DNA from: Azolla caroliniana
Taxonomy: Eukaryota > Plantae > Polypodiophyta
Direction of reading: 5' to 3'
Assembly: GCA_043228905.1 (NCBI GenBank)
Contig: JBHGNT010000008.1
Coordinates: forward strand, 2,294,001-2,358,000
DNA length: 64,000 bases
Part shown: piece by piece, positions 12,442 through 25,802 of the stretch
Layout: every line of letters starts with the position of its first letter
Numbering within the stretch: position 1 is the first letter of the stretch
Made by a program: the position numbers and the translations under genes
Notes under the pieces: generated by a model
Databases searched by the model: none
What the model was told of the DNA's origin: nothing
The model's input: only the letters and a program-made list of their open reading frames with translations

Positions 12442-14242
12442 ATGGATCCTGGCTATGGTGAACAATTTGGAAGATCTGAAGACCACCACCATAACCATCC
12501 TCCTCCTCACTCCCACCTCGGCCATGGCTCTGAACTCGGATTTGAACATAACCACCCTCCTCCTCCTCCTCCTCCGAGGCCCCGCGAGTTTGAAGGAGAA
12601 TATAGACATGAATTAAGCTTTGAAAGAGAACATAGACATGGAGAAGATGGAAGTGGAGGAAGAAGATATGAAGGAAAAGATGAAGAAGAGAGAGATGGGT
12701 TTAGGCCTTTCCATCATAGGCCTCCCCATGAATTCCAAGCTTCTGAGAAGATTCCGCCGAATGCGCAGCATGGCTATGAAGCCTCGGGGAATATTCCCCC
12801 CTATGCTCACGGGGAAGCCGAGTATGCGCATGGAGAATCCGAGAATGTTCCATCTTATGCACATGATGTATCGGAGAAGATTCCTTCTTATCGACCTGAT
12901 AATACCAACGAATCCAAACTGAATGAGCCTTCTGATCAACTTTCCGAATCTGTTACACCATCAGATCCTCTTCCTCAAGGAAGACTGGTCAGAATCTTTT
13001 GCAAGGAAAATCCCGATTTTAGCCTTGCTGTGGAGCGGAACATTGTTGCAATGCGAGAATCTAACACGGAGGATGAAGCTCAAGTAGGAGTATACCGATT
13101 CGTTTACTTTATCACAACCCTAATGCATTAATGACTAGCGAAATCAATCAGCAAATATCCTAACCAATTAGCATAATCAATTGACTCATTTAATTAGCAT
13201 AATCCATCAAAAATGAATTCAACTGCAAGGAGAAGCTATAAATGGTACACTCTGCACATTTAATTTGCTATAAGTTCAGTGTACAAGAGAAAAAGAAGCT
13301 TTGAATTCTAACATTATAGTTTATCTATGCTATTCAATTGACTCATTTAAATAGCATAATCAATAAAAAAAATTAAATCAACTGCAAGGAGAAGCTATAT
13401 AAATGGTACTCTCTGCACATGTAATTAGCTCTAAGTGCAGTATACAAGAGAAAAAAAAGCTTTGGATTCCAACATTGCAGTTTATCTATGCTATTTTTCT
13501 CGTCTTTGTCTGCAGCAATGGATCAAAGATGCATCATATGGCCTACGTATAAAAGATAGACATGGTTATCCAGCATTCAGCTTGGTAAACAAAAAGACTA
13601 AGGCAGTTCTCAAGCATGCCAACGAGAAGGGACAACAGGTTTTTTTTTTATTTCCCATAAAATTTGGAAAAATATAACTATGATTGCTCATTCTTTATCT
13701 TTGAGTAGATGTTGAATGTATAAAATGATTTTGGAGAAGAACAGCAGAATACATACACCTTGAGTTGAATGTATATTACAGAACAATCCTTTTGTAACAG
13801 TAAAATGTGTTGAAAAGGGGGTATTCTGGTAAACATCCAAAAGTCAGGGGTATCCTGATAAATATCCAAAAGCATGGTTCCTGTATTTTGATACTTGTCT
13901 CGACCATTTACACATGATCTTTTTGTAGGTGCTTTTGATGGATTATCAGGCAGATATAAAAGATGAGAGTATTTTGTGGTCGGAGAGTCAAGATTTTGGA
14001 GATGGTTTTAAGACCATCCGATCAGCAAGCGACACTCTTCTAAATTTAACTGTTTTTGAAGGCCATAAAAAGATAAGAAATGGGTCTGCCCTAGTGCTTG
14101 ATACTTGGCATAAAAAGGATCATCAATTATGGAAGCTCTCCCCCTTGTGTAAGTCATATAATGCATTGATAGTTACTGATGAATATTGAAACTTGATGTT
14201 GTCTTAAACTGATGGAGTGTTTTCCTTTTGTTTTCTTCAGAA
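12442..14242 (+). CDS. EUL (Euonymus lectin)/ricin-B-like lectin, EULS3-like, with His/Pro-rich N-terminus
   Basis: Exons 12442-13083, 13516-13638, 13929-14148 and 14241-14242, all GT-AG. Motifs RIFCKENPDFSL, QQWIKD, GYPAFSLVNK, DESILWSES.DFGDGF and HQLWK. The TAA stop is split by the last intron. Confidence 0.9.
13178..13494. repeat. ~157-bp tandem duplication in EUL intron 1
   Basis: CAATTGACTCATTTAA...GTTTATCTATGCTATT occurs twice, head-to-tail. Confidence 0.85.
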
Positions 14243-14402
14243 ATGTGTTGATGAGAATGGTATGGCTGGCACGTGCCTTCACAATAAGAGGATGTGGTTT
14301 TTGCATTTCAATTCTTTCCTTTTACTTGAATATGTATTCCTAATATATGATGTTGTTTGCCTAATGGTAGAGTTTGTGTTTTGTTTGAAAACTTGGGTGT
14401 TA

Positions 14403-14437
<35 letters not shown>

Positions 14438-15803
14438 TCAATATGCAGTTAAACCCACATTAAGCTCAATGTGGGATGAGACAGATCAAGTAAATGCCCC
14501 AATTAATTTCAACGTGTATGTGAACCTACATATATAGGATGGCTTTTTGTGAAAAATACACCTTATAATTTTAAAGATGAGCATAACTTTTTGTACAACT
14601 ATTAGTATTTTATGCAACCAATGTCTATACATCAAAATGGACTTCACTAAGTTGAATGTGATAAGTAGAGTTGTGTTCCCAAGGGCGCTCAAAAACCACT
14701 TTAAGAGAGTACCTCATATATTGTCCGAAGAGCATTATAATCGGCATTACGCCTACATTTGGAAGTAACTGTTTGAAAATTTTGGACATGTAGAAGTTTG
14801 TCAGTGTGAAGGTGGTTGTACGACAAATATGAATATGGCTTGCTTATCCTCAAACAGCATATATTTTTATCCTTTTAGCTGTGACGTGAACTTTGCAAAT
14901 ACTGGTTCACCCAAAGCATAATGGTTCTGAAGTATGTGCACTGTCTCATGAAAGAAAAATGGGGGAACTCATTGTTGGCACACACAAATGCAAGAAGGAT
15001 CTTAAGGCGCATGCCAAGAGTATAGAGTTGGGCAGCTATTTCAATACAGCAAAAGTTGCCCAGACCTAGATAGGACAAGTAGAGAAGAACATTGTGATCT
15101 GCTTTAGGTGCCACCACAATAAGTCACCACCCAATTCAAGAAGTTAAAAAGAATAGATCGGAGGCAAACCAAAGTTTATTTATTTAACTTAAGATATGCA
15201 GTAACTCTCAGCACAAAATATCATAAGCAAGATGAGTGTAGGGAGAGGCAATATTTGCTGACGCTAAAAGTATGGAGTGACATTGTAATTCAACACATGA
15301 GCATAAAGATAAGACTATATTTTTCAAGTGCGTCAGCGATCTCTGCCTTCAGAAGTGAGACAAAGAGGCCAAAGCCACATGAGATAGGGGAGAGAAGAAA
15401 TGAAATACTTATAATAATCTGGCGTACATAAAAAATTGTACCAGAACAGTCGTGCTTAACAAAGATGCACATCTAATGGGTACTCTTGAAAAGTATTATC
15501 CATTCTTACATTGGAGCTTTTATAATTACATATCTATATATCAGATTACGCTGACAGTTTTGTCTTCTTCACATGGTAGTAAAGCCTATAGACAAATTGG
15601 GGCTCGGTCTTGGTACATTTTGAAGTACAAATATACTCGTCAGTCTCGGTAGTAGTTGAACTTCGTGTTCCAATTTTTTTCCTTTTCATGAGGAAGGAAA
15701 TGTGACTTCATTTTATAGCAAAGAACATCTGCACATTTGGAGGACATTAAAATGATCACCTTTTAGCTACAAATGTTCAATATAGATGTTTTTCGTGTTG
15801 ACT

Positions 15804-18800
15804 TCAACCTCGACAATGCACTTGGACTTGTGGCATCGCTTGTTCGGGATCAGCATGTCCAATCAGTTCATCAAGACGCTCTGAACAAAATCAAAGAAAC
15901 AGATTGCATTACAATATGTTCAGCATCCATTCTGAAAACTCCTCTGTTTTGCAAATATTTGTCATTGTATGCTTCAAAATACAGAATGTTTTCAAAATCT
16001 TGCAGATGCTTTTAATATTATTTATACACAGAAAATTCCAAAACTATGACTGAGTTTGAAAATCACTGGAAGATTCATGTGCTACAAGATTTATTATTCG
16101 GGTTATTTTTTAGACTTAGGGGGTATTCTACTAAGACACAGCAAGTTAGACCAAAACTAATTAGGGTATGCTTTCTATCGTACCTTTAAGGTGCAGAATA
16201 GCTTGTGTGATTTCCTTCAGAAACAATGTTGTCTGATTTCCCACTATTGATGATGTGAACTTTTTGGAAGGAAGAGCTTGCATTCTGGGTTTATGAGCAT
16301 CTTTTCGCTGGAATTCTTCATAAACGCCACCTTTTTCATCATAATTTCTGCATGAGTCCACCTCAAGGTGCTTCAAGTTCCTTGATCCACTTTTTGATCT
16401 TTCTCTTGGCCTGAACCTAGGCTCAAAGTTTTCACAAAACCTATCTAACTCTTCTTTGTCTTGCACTCGATTAAAATTTGAATTTTTGTGTGGTTTTCTT
16501 TGCATAGCTTGCTTCCAACCAAACTCCTCAGAAGCACATCCATCATTCATATCTGAAGTCTGGTCGGCACCATACATCTCAAATGGCAACATGTTTTCTT
16601 TGCTATTTGAATCATTATCATCCCAAGCAGCGAATTCATCAGGAGAACATGATATTGATGATGATGATGATGGCAGGTGATGCCGATCATTTGTCAGGCA
16701 TGTCGATGGCCTCTTCATGTGCTTTTTCTCTTTCCTATATTTGTCATGAATTGGAGTAGATCGTTGGACTATCAATGGAGATTTTTTATGCATTTTCTTC
16801 AGTTGAACATGATCTTGACGAATAATTGGGCTAGACTGAGGACGGATGGACATTTTTCTGAGAGAATCTTCCAATGTTCTTGATTTCTTCAAAGAGGCTT
16901 TGAGCTGTGTTCTTCTTTGCCTCAAGGATGATACCGTCCAAAAGGGAGGGTGATGTTGTGTAAAGGTAGTGAAATGTTGTTTGTCCTCAAGCACGCCCAT
17001 AAGCTTATTGTCGACATTGTCTCTAAGGTCAATAAAACGTAAAATTGGCCATTCTTCCATCACATCAAGCAACATCTTCCCACTCATTCTTGTGATCTGA
17101 TTGCCTCTCAAATTCAAAGCTGTTTTTTAGTACCACATACCATAAATAAGCATTGAGAACATCATCCCGTAGAGACTACAGAAACATAAAGTTAATCAAA
17201 AACTTTCTACCTTCAAGCGGGGTACCAATCCTCAAGATTGTGCAGATAGTCTGTATACTTGAGTCTGAGAGATAGTTCAAAGAAAGGTCGAGAGCAGTCA
17301 GACCTTTGGGTTTCATTGTCAATGCATTCACTCCTTTTGAACTCCTTAAACTCCCTTGCCAATCTGCTTGAGCTCTTCTGCTTACATGTGCCTTCAAGAT
17401 CAAATCCATCATCAGCATGCTCTGAGAGCACCAATGTCTTGTTTAATGGAATGAACGGGATAACATTTAATTCTATCCAGAAAGAATAGAAGATTGGAAC
17501 CTTGAGTATTGCACTTATGAGAGGAGAAATTGAATCAGTTAATCCGCATGCAGAAAGATTAAGAATCTCTAATTGCGCACATTCCTGCAAACTTTTACCC
17601 TGTCAATTAATGGAGCAACTCAGACTTCTGCTTTCAGTGACTTGCCTCCATGAACAACAAAAAAGAGCAAAGACAGTAGAAGCATTGCTAAGACCAGAAA
17701 CAGATGTTAGCAATAAACTTTTATAACTAACCAGAATTTGGAGACCATGATCTCTAAGCTCACTATTGGCAAACGACAATCGCTTCAATGTTGTTGATTG
17801 GCCTAATTAGATGCAATAAAAGAATCAAATCCAACAAGCAAAAAGCGCTGTGCTGTAAAATATATTTATAGTAACTGAACCACATTGTACTGCATTATAT
17901 GGACATGCAGAGATTTACTTGTACATGCCTAAAGGTAGAATGTGCCATGAATTGGCAAGATTGGGGCTAGATCCAATCATTTGTGCCATGTGGTATAAAT
18001 AAATATTCTGTTTCAAATAATCGTCAACATGGTCATAGTTTTGCTGATGAAACCGTCAAGTGAATGGGAAAATATACACAAATGTGCTTCCTAGGGTAAA
18101 AATTAGATGTAAAAAGATGCTGGACAAACAGAAAAATAAGTGTTCTCTTGAAGACATTAGTCTCGCACTAGGTAACTCATGAGAGAAACAAACAGTAAAG
18201 CTTGATCAGGGAAGGGATAAACTCCCTCAAGTGGGAGTCTGGGTGTGTGAGTCTAAAATATAGATGAAAAACTGTGGACAATCACTTATGGTTGGAAGTC
18301 AGGTAAAGACAAGCAAATATTGCATACAACATTAAAACATGTAACCATGCAAATGAGCGTCATTATGCAATCAAGATGGAAGAACATGTTGTGGTAATCA
18401 TCCACATATACACATATCTATCATAATGCACAGAATAGGTGCAGACATTTTTAAGTGCTATGACCCATGATAAAAATATAAAAGAGAAAATTACGAAATC
18501 CAAAAGAAATTCTTTTATGCATTGCCTTATAAATGAAGACCCATGGGACATGCAATCCACTGGTGCACACATACACCACGTAAAACACATATAGATATAT
18601 TTTACAAGATCAAAATCTACTTAATATGCATACACTCATACTTCACATTAGTGGGAGGGAAATTTACTTAGTGTGGAAACTGATCTCATGCAGCAGAAAA
18701 ATCAAATACAAGGCCTCTAGGATGAGTCTACCAAGAAAAATCTTTAAATTTCAAACGAAATTTTATGCAATTGGGAAAATCATTGCTAGCAAAGATGTAT

Positions 18801-20489
18801 TATGAGAAAATAATGAATCAATGTGATTTGTATGACGAGTTCTGGTGTTGGATCAATCTTCAGGATTGCTTCTCATATTAAATAATCTCATTTCTATTAA
18901 TAGCAGTAAGTTTTTTGCCTACGAAAATGTGCTGTAAGGAGAATACAAGAAAACTAGAAGAAAACCCACATTCAAACGAGTTCATAAATTTACATACTGA
19001 TGGATTCTGCAATTATTTTCAGATCTCTCTCCCACAATGCAAACCCCAGCTCCAACTCTTGCAGCCATCCTCCACTTGCTAAACACCATGCTAAACTTCT
19101 GCAGAAAACAAATCCAAGAACCTTATAGCCTCAGCTAAATCCAACTCCACTTGCATCACAACATTGAAAATCAATGCTTACTTGGAAAATGAAAATAGTG
19201 TATCCGAATGCCTGTACCCAAGGAATCCCAGAGTTCTGTTTTCTGCAACATATTCAAGCCTAAGAAATCAGATGAACAAAGAATATGATGAAAATATAGC
19301 ATATATTAGAAAACAGTTACATATAGGTGAATAGAACCTGCAATCCGCTTTTGTAATTCCACATAACTCTGGAACAAGTGTAAACTAGAAACACTGGTTT
19401 TTTTCAGTATTTTTGCAATTCCCAGAAGATCGAGAGCAATCAGTTCATTCACGTTTTTCTGCAAAACATAGATAGTAGTAGACTTGAATATATGAAAACA
19501 AGTAATGCCGAACTTCAAGTTTGTGATGTTAAAGTCAAATGTCTCAAAATCAGACTGCTAGATAATAGTAATAAATCTGAGTACCAGTAAAAACTACCAA
19601 CCATATGCTTTCTATTTTCCTCTATTTATGTATAATTTACATGAGAATGGATCTTTCCTAAATGTCTATTCTACAATCATAAACATGCTGCTCTTTACAC
19701 ACGTACCCTCGCAGTTTAAATTCCGCCTAAGAAGCATTCATCAAGCGTTCATGAAGCCTCAAGCGTTACTACGAGACCATTACATTTAGACATAAATTCA
19801 GTGTTTATGCAAGGCAAACTAGTTCGCCACAGGTATTCTTAACTTCAACCAAGGCTTCCTTCATTATTATCTCTAGTATGCTCTCACACATTATATTTGT
19901 GCATAGTATTAAGGATGGCATGCTGAGACTTATGTCCAATAAAAAATAAAGAAATATATGGTCAGAAGATAGATGCATATGCAATCTCAATCCCACTGTT
20001 CAACCAGTATAAATGATATATAAGGCAAGAATACCTCCTTCCAAAAAAACATAGTAGTAGTGCATGCACAATGTTTTTGGGGATCCCCTTAATTTCCTAC
20101 ATTTGTACTGAGTCTTACATCAAAATAGTTTCATGCATATTCTTTAGAATACTGAAGGATTATTCTGAGGTATAGTACATATACGTTTGTCTGTAAAAAT
20201 ATCCATTATCCACTGTTTGTAACAACAATAATAGCTAATCAAAGGGGTTCTAAAAATTATAAAACCGTTGAGACTTAAAATTGCTTATTGGTGTGCAGGT
20301 CCTAATGGTTTAGAATGTTGACTGCACAGAGACTAAGAATAAAGGTTAAGGGTACATTTCATGTGAACACTCATAATGCAGTAAAGATACCTTGATTTCG
20401 TTCTTCTGAAAAGTTCTTCTTTTGTGACTTCTAGGTTTAGAGAGCTGCCTCAATCTAGGGCTGAGTGTGGGATGCCTTCCCTCAACCAT
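15804..20489 (-). CDS. CEP78: CEP78-like centriolar RNI-type LRR protein
   Basis: Spliced exons 19338-19458, 19182-19242, 18998-19098, 17732-17802, 17501-17599, 17211-17391, 16184-17119 and 15804-15880 (stop); N-terminal exons, including a possible first exon 20391-20489, are uncertain. The translation SLAWCLASGGWLQELELGFALWERDLKIIAESI/LKRLSFANSELRDHGLQIL/LNLSACGLT..ISAILKAHVSRRAQADWQGSLR is collinear with recalled CEP78 motifs (ERDL, ILK..RR...W..SLR). Confidence 0.75.
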
Positions 20490-22285
20490 AACTACTTTGC
20501 GAAATTTTTATGGAAAATTCATGGCCTCAAGAGATCAAGCTGATATGAACATCTGGGTTTAGTTCAACCTAAAATACAAGCAAATTCAAGACCGATCTAT
20601 GTTCTCAAAAATTTATATGATAAGCATGTGAGAGAGAGAGAGAGAGAAAGAGAGATGCTATATCTCAAGAATTGGATGCAGACATATTATAACTTCAATG
20701 AGACTAAACTAAGAGTTTGAAGCTAGGAGTATTGAAAGGAAATAAAGGGAAAAAACAGCAAAATGGAGAGCACAACATAATTATTACAGTAAATGAGTAT
20801 GGGATGTTCTGTATATTACCAAACGTTATTGCACACAGAGCAGAGATAGATAGATTTTTTATCATCCTTAGAGATCAAATAACAGAGAGAATTTGTGTGC
20901 GCGTGTGTAAAACGAGTATTGTGAAAAATGTAAAAAGAGTGTAACATGAGTTAATGAAGAATATGATCAAGGCTAGAGATTATAGGTGTATAATCATGAA
21001 AATATGTCTCCTCTTGTCTGTCTATCTGCAATAGAGTCTCTTATACTATGAGAAAGACTCCTCGATTACCTTTGGTGTTCAGAATCCACCATCATATAAA
21101 ATGGCCCAAATGGATCGACTAAAAATAGGCATTATAAATTGGTCTAAACTGCTCACATGCTAGCATCCAGCATATGAATCAAGTGGAGTACAATAAATCC
21201 TTTCCAGTGGAGTCATATATATAGCTATATCTGAAAATTGTGAGCATGAACCAAGTGTTTACTTCTATAAATGCTCTCGAGTTGAGTCATATATTTCTCT
21301 GTGTATCTGCCCATTTGATGTATGTGTGGAAAATATGAACACCCATCAATGAAGGATGTAAAATTTCATCACAAAAAAATGTCTACCTGTATCAGATATG
21401 GTGACTGGAGCATTGATCTCAATAGATCAAGTTGTTCTCATCATAAATAGGTTTCAAAGAAGAAAAGTATATGTTCAACATAAGCTGTAACATAAACTGA
21501 AAATGCATTTTGTGTCTTCTTTTGTTTGTATGAAGCGCATATAAAGGGAAAAGAAAAACGCAAACCACTGATGGATTCTCTACATACAACTAAATACAAA
21601 GGAAAAAGAAAGATCTGCATTTTTTTGTAAACAACCACAACCAAAAGGAAAAGAAAAAAAAATTGCATTGCTACGAACACATGAGAAGAAAAGAGAAAAT
21701 TATGGCTGTTTCTGTAAAGAATCACATGAAAAGGGAGAGTCCTTTTCTCCAATCCAAATGGAAGAGGGGGAGAAAAATGCCTATATTTCTTCAGCATACA
21801 ATTAAATACATTCAAGGAGGAATTACAGAAAAAAGAAAAAGAAAACAGAGTGCATAAAGCTCAATCTTCAACAGGAGAATGTAAAGCAGATGCTAACCTG
21901 TAGTAAATGTGAGAGATGGCTGATGATTTTCCGGACCAATGGAAGTCTTCTTCTTCTTCTTCTTCTTCTTCAGTTATTGGAATGCTTAAGAGGAAGAATT
22001 AGGGCATGGGCATGGATTGATGGAGCTGAGGGGAACTGCTGCCCATAACTGTAACTGCTCCATGTGATGATGATATACATATGGATGGGCTTAACGAGAC
22101 AACAACATTAATAATAGTAGTAGACCTACAGTTCCCATAATTTGCAAAACTGGGCCTCCACAAGTTTGAGAGCCACCTGAGTCGAGACCTGGTCTTGTCG
22201 GGGGGGTCAATGGCCATCTATGAGAGACAAGAGCATACCCCATTGCGAGAATCGAACTTTTGAGAGAGAGAGAGAGAGAGAGAGA

Positions 22286-22408
22286 TCTTTCTAACATTCG
22301 ATTGCGACCTATGATACCTCTTGCCCATTTACCCTCGGACAGAAATTTGCAATTCGAGGTTGTTGATTCCTATGAGATGGGAGCATATCCCATAGCAAGC
22401 ATCAAAAC

Positions 22409-22411
<3 letters not shown>
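22286..22411 (+). repeat. ~126-bp dispersed repeat flanked by (GA)n
   Basis: Other copies at ~22205-22260 (partial), ~25800-25928, ~26405-26527 and ~26575-26630 (partial). Confidence 0.75.
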
Positions 22412-22440
<29 letters not shown>

Positions 22441-22453
<13 letters not shown>

Positions 22454-25375
22454 AGAAAGATATATTAACGTCTTCTTAAGGCCAAAATTGGCCCATGAGA
22501 CAGTTGGTTTACAACAAAATTGGTATTTATCCAATCATCAGAACTAAAATAAAGTAAAAATAGAACTTAAACTAAAAGAGTTCTAGTAGTGTACAAAATG
22601 TGGTATACTCGATAAAAGGAAGTGACTTTGCACTAAGCCTAATTTCATTTCCACCCAAGCCTCTCGAAAAGAAGTGGGAGGTCAAAGGGTTTTGGTGTGG
22701 TTGTGACCCATGGTCTCAATGTATAGTGCCCCAGCCATGGCTTCTAGGCGGTGTAGCTCACGTTCCCTTATTTTCTTTATTGCTTCTACACCACGTCGGG
22801 TTGGTTTGAAACCCGACATCCGAGGGCATTTGGTTCTTCTTTGGTTTTTTGCTTCATCACGAAAAAGGCCAAGTGGTGCAGGTGTGTCGACATTGGGTGT
22901 CTCCCCCTGTTCTTGGAAAACTTCATTTCTTACATGTTGGTGAGCATTAGCAACATTATTGTCAACATTTTGTAACTTATTCTCTCTGTGTTGTTTTAGC
23001 TCTAGGATGTATCTGCCTAATTTCTTTATATCTAGAGTATCTAATAGTTTGCCAGGAAGGGTAGGAGAGGAACCAAGTATGTCTTGGTATTTTGCCCTTA
23101 TCTCGGCATAGGTGGGACACTTGCATGTAAAGTGGTACTCATCCTCTATCTCTATGTGGCATAACCTACATATATGTTCCTCCCAAGGGACTCCATTAGT
23201 ACGATCATTCTCAATCTCAAGTTGGTGAGATGATATTCTAAGTTGTCTAATGGCAACCCTTAGTGCATGTGGTAAGAATACATCTAGATATTTGGGTCGC
23301 ATAATAAAACCTAACTTAGAGAATTGCATGAAGTGTTCCTTATAGTACAACAATTTAGATGGGAGTGGCTCTAGTGGGGTGATCCATTTATACCAAATGT
23401 AAATTTGCCATATTTCTTGGCGTATTACTTTATTGCGGTCCTCATGAGAGATTAAAGTGTTATCAATCGTGTGGTTGCACCTAAGGGGAGGGAGGTTATT
23501 AATGTCTAGACCGTTCGCAAGAAGTCAACTCACCATCATGCGATACCATGAGCTAGTATAGCTGGACTCATATAGTGATCGAGAGGCCTTAAAGGCTTGA
23601 TGGGATATTCTATCATGTGGTTGGCTATGTATCCTGTGTATAAAGACTACAAGTTGAAAAAGTGCATCTACTAACATCGGGGGTAAAGTGAACTCAACCC
23701 TAATAATGCCATGTGGTACTGTTGATTTGCTTCGTAGTTGGCGTGATAACATTATCACCAATGGTCTCTCTAATTGCGTCCACATGAAAGATGGTAGTCC
23801 TGGAGCCCAAACCACCGATGCATACATGAGGGAGGGAGTCACTAATGAGTCAAAGAGCCACCCTTAAGTTTGTGGCTCTTGAAAGTATGCTTGATGGCAT
23901 TGTCTCTCGAGGAGTGAGAGGGATGCATGTCCTCTTGTAAGTCTATCCTTCGATGCTTGTGTCATCGAAAATTTACGTGAGTAGGCATTGAAAGTGACTC
24001 CGAGATAGACATATGATCCAACTACCTCAATTGGGCTATGGGAGATAGTTAGGTGACACTTAGCTCTAACTTGGGCCGATGTGTGGAAGATAAGGACTTT
24101 AGTTTTCCCTAGATTCACTGCCAATCCTCGTTGTGCGCAAAAGTCATCTAAGGCATTAAGGTGCCTTCATAGAGGAAAACTATGTCCTATGCATAGAGCA
24201 AGATACGAACCTATGTATCCCCAAGGACTACTCTATTGCCTCCCTTACAAGAAATAAAATCCGTGATCTCATCAATGTAGATCCCAAAAAGAGTCGGAGA
24301 TAGGGGCAACCTTGTTTTACACCAATAGTACTAGTGAAACAAATTGGATAAGCCACCTAGGCATCAAACACACCAGGACACTTGTTCATATAGTGCGTAG
24401 ATGGCCCAAACCATGTCATCTAGTATCCTCAAGCTTTTAAGCCTATCAAACAACCACTCTCTAGGGACCATGTCAAAGGCTTTGCGGAAGTCCACAAAAC
24501 AACAATATAATTTCTTCTTGCGAGCCTTAGTCTAGTCAATTAAGCATCTAAGTGTGAAGATATGATCAATAGTGGAGAAGGCTCGTCTAAAGCCAGCCTG
24601 TTCAGGTGCACGAAGATTTAGGGTCTCCATATAATCGCTAAGCTCTGCCTTCATTACTACACCATATAATTTAGCAAGGGTATGACCTATCATAATGGTC
24701 CTATAGGTATTTGGGTCCATGGGGTCCCTGCCTTTATGTATAGGGGTCACTGTGTTCATAGTCCATTGTGGTGGAAAACCCTCCGCAAGAGCACGATTGA
24801 ATATTAGAGTTAGCAAGGGAGCTAGGCACTCTCTCGCATATATGATGTGTTCTGCTCGCAATCCTGTGTGGTCCATGGACTTCCTATGTTGTAATTTCTT
24901 TATGACCTTCGTGACCCTAGAGGTCATGAAAAGTGTCCCCACAATAGGTCGGGGTGTAGAAGGCATTGGAATGGGTGGTTGGTTTGGGATTCGGTAAAGT
25001 CTCTTTGTATATGTGTGCCAGGTTTCGGGATCTTCGATGGGTGTTTGTGGTCTTGGTTTCCATAATCTCTTCCATGCAATGGCGCAATCACTACTCATGA
25101 GCATATGGTAGAGTTCCCAATATTGGGATGCCTCCCATGCTCGTCTCTTATGACGTGTCATCGTGCGCATTTCTTTGCGAGCTTGTACTGAGGTAATACT
25201 ACCACTGAGTTGCGATTTGTAAGTTGTCTATGTAAGTTCCTACAATCCTCATCATACCATCTATTTTGTGGCATAGATCCTAATCTACCTTGATTGGAGT
25301 GTTTCGTATATGGGAAATTGCTAACTGTTGCGGAGTGAAGGATATGTGTGAGTTTCGTACTAAGGCTCTCTAAGG
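22441..25375 (-). mobile_element. 5'-truncated LINE, family B copy 2 (RTE/RTEX-like), inserted in a (GA)n tract
   Basis: RT motifs PIHKGRDPMDPNTYRTI, EQAGFRRAFSTIDHIFTL, FVDFRKAFD and YVYLGVTF, plus a C-terminal CCHC-type finger. (TC/TTTC)n tail, with microsatellites on both flanks. Confidence 0.9.
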
Positions 25376-25390
25376 ATGTGTGTGTGTGTG

Positions 25391-25431
<41 letters not shown>

Positions 25432-25756
25432 TCAAAATGTTCAAATGATGAGATGGAGATATTGTTCCAATTTTTACGTTATTGGGGTCTACAACACAAT
25501 TGGAATATGCGTAATGCTTTCATGTTTGATAATAGACATGGGGTGAAAGCCTATATAAAGAAGCTTAACAGTATTCTCATGTGAAATTTTTGGATGTTAG
25601 AGCATGTGGGGATCATTTCCTCAAATGCATATTCAAGTTTTTTAGTAGCATTACAGAACGTCCCTCTCCCTACATAGGGATATGATAGGTAGAGGAGACT
25701 AAGAAGTGTTGTAACTAAGTGGATTTTACATACAATTAATATAATTGTGTGCTTTT

Positions 25757-25802
<46 letters not shown>

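Noticed and set aside
11874-12443. Several short ORFs (YIHT/MYVC/ERER)
   Set aside because: Translations of (TATG)n and (CT)n microsatellites.
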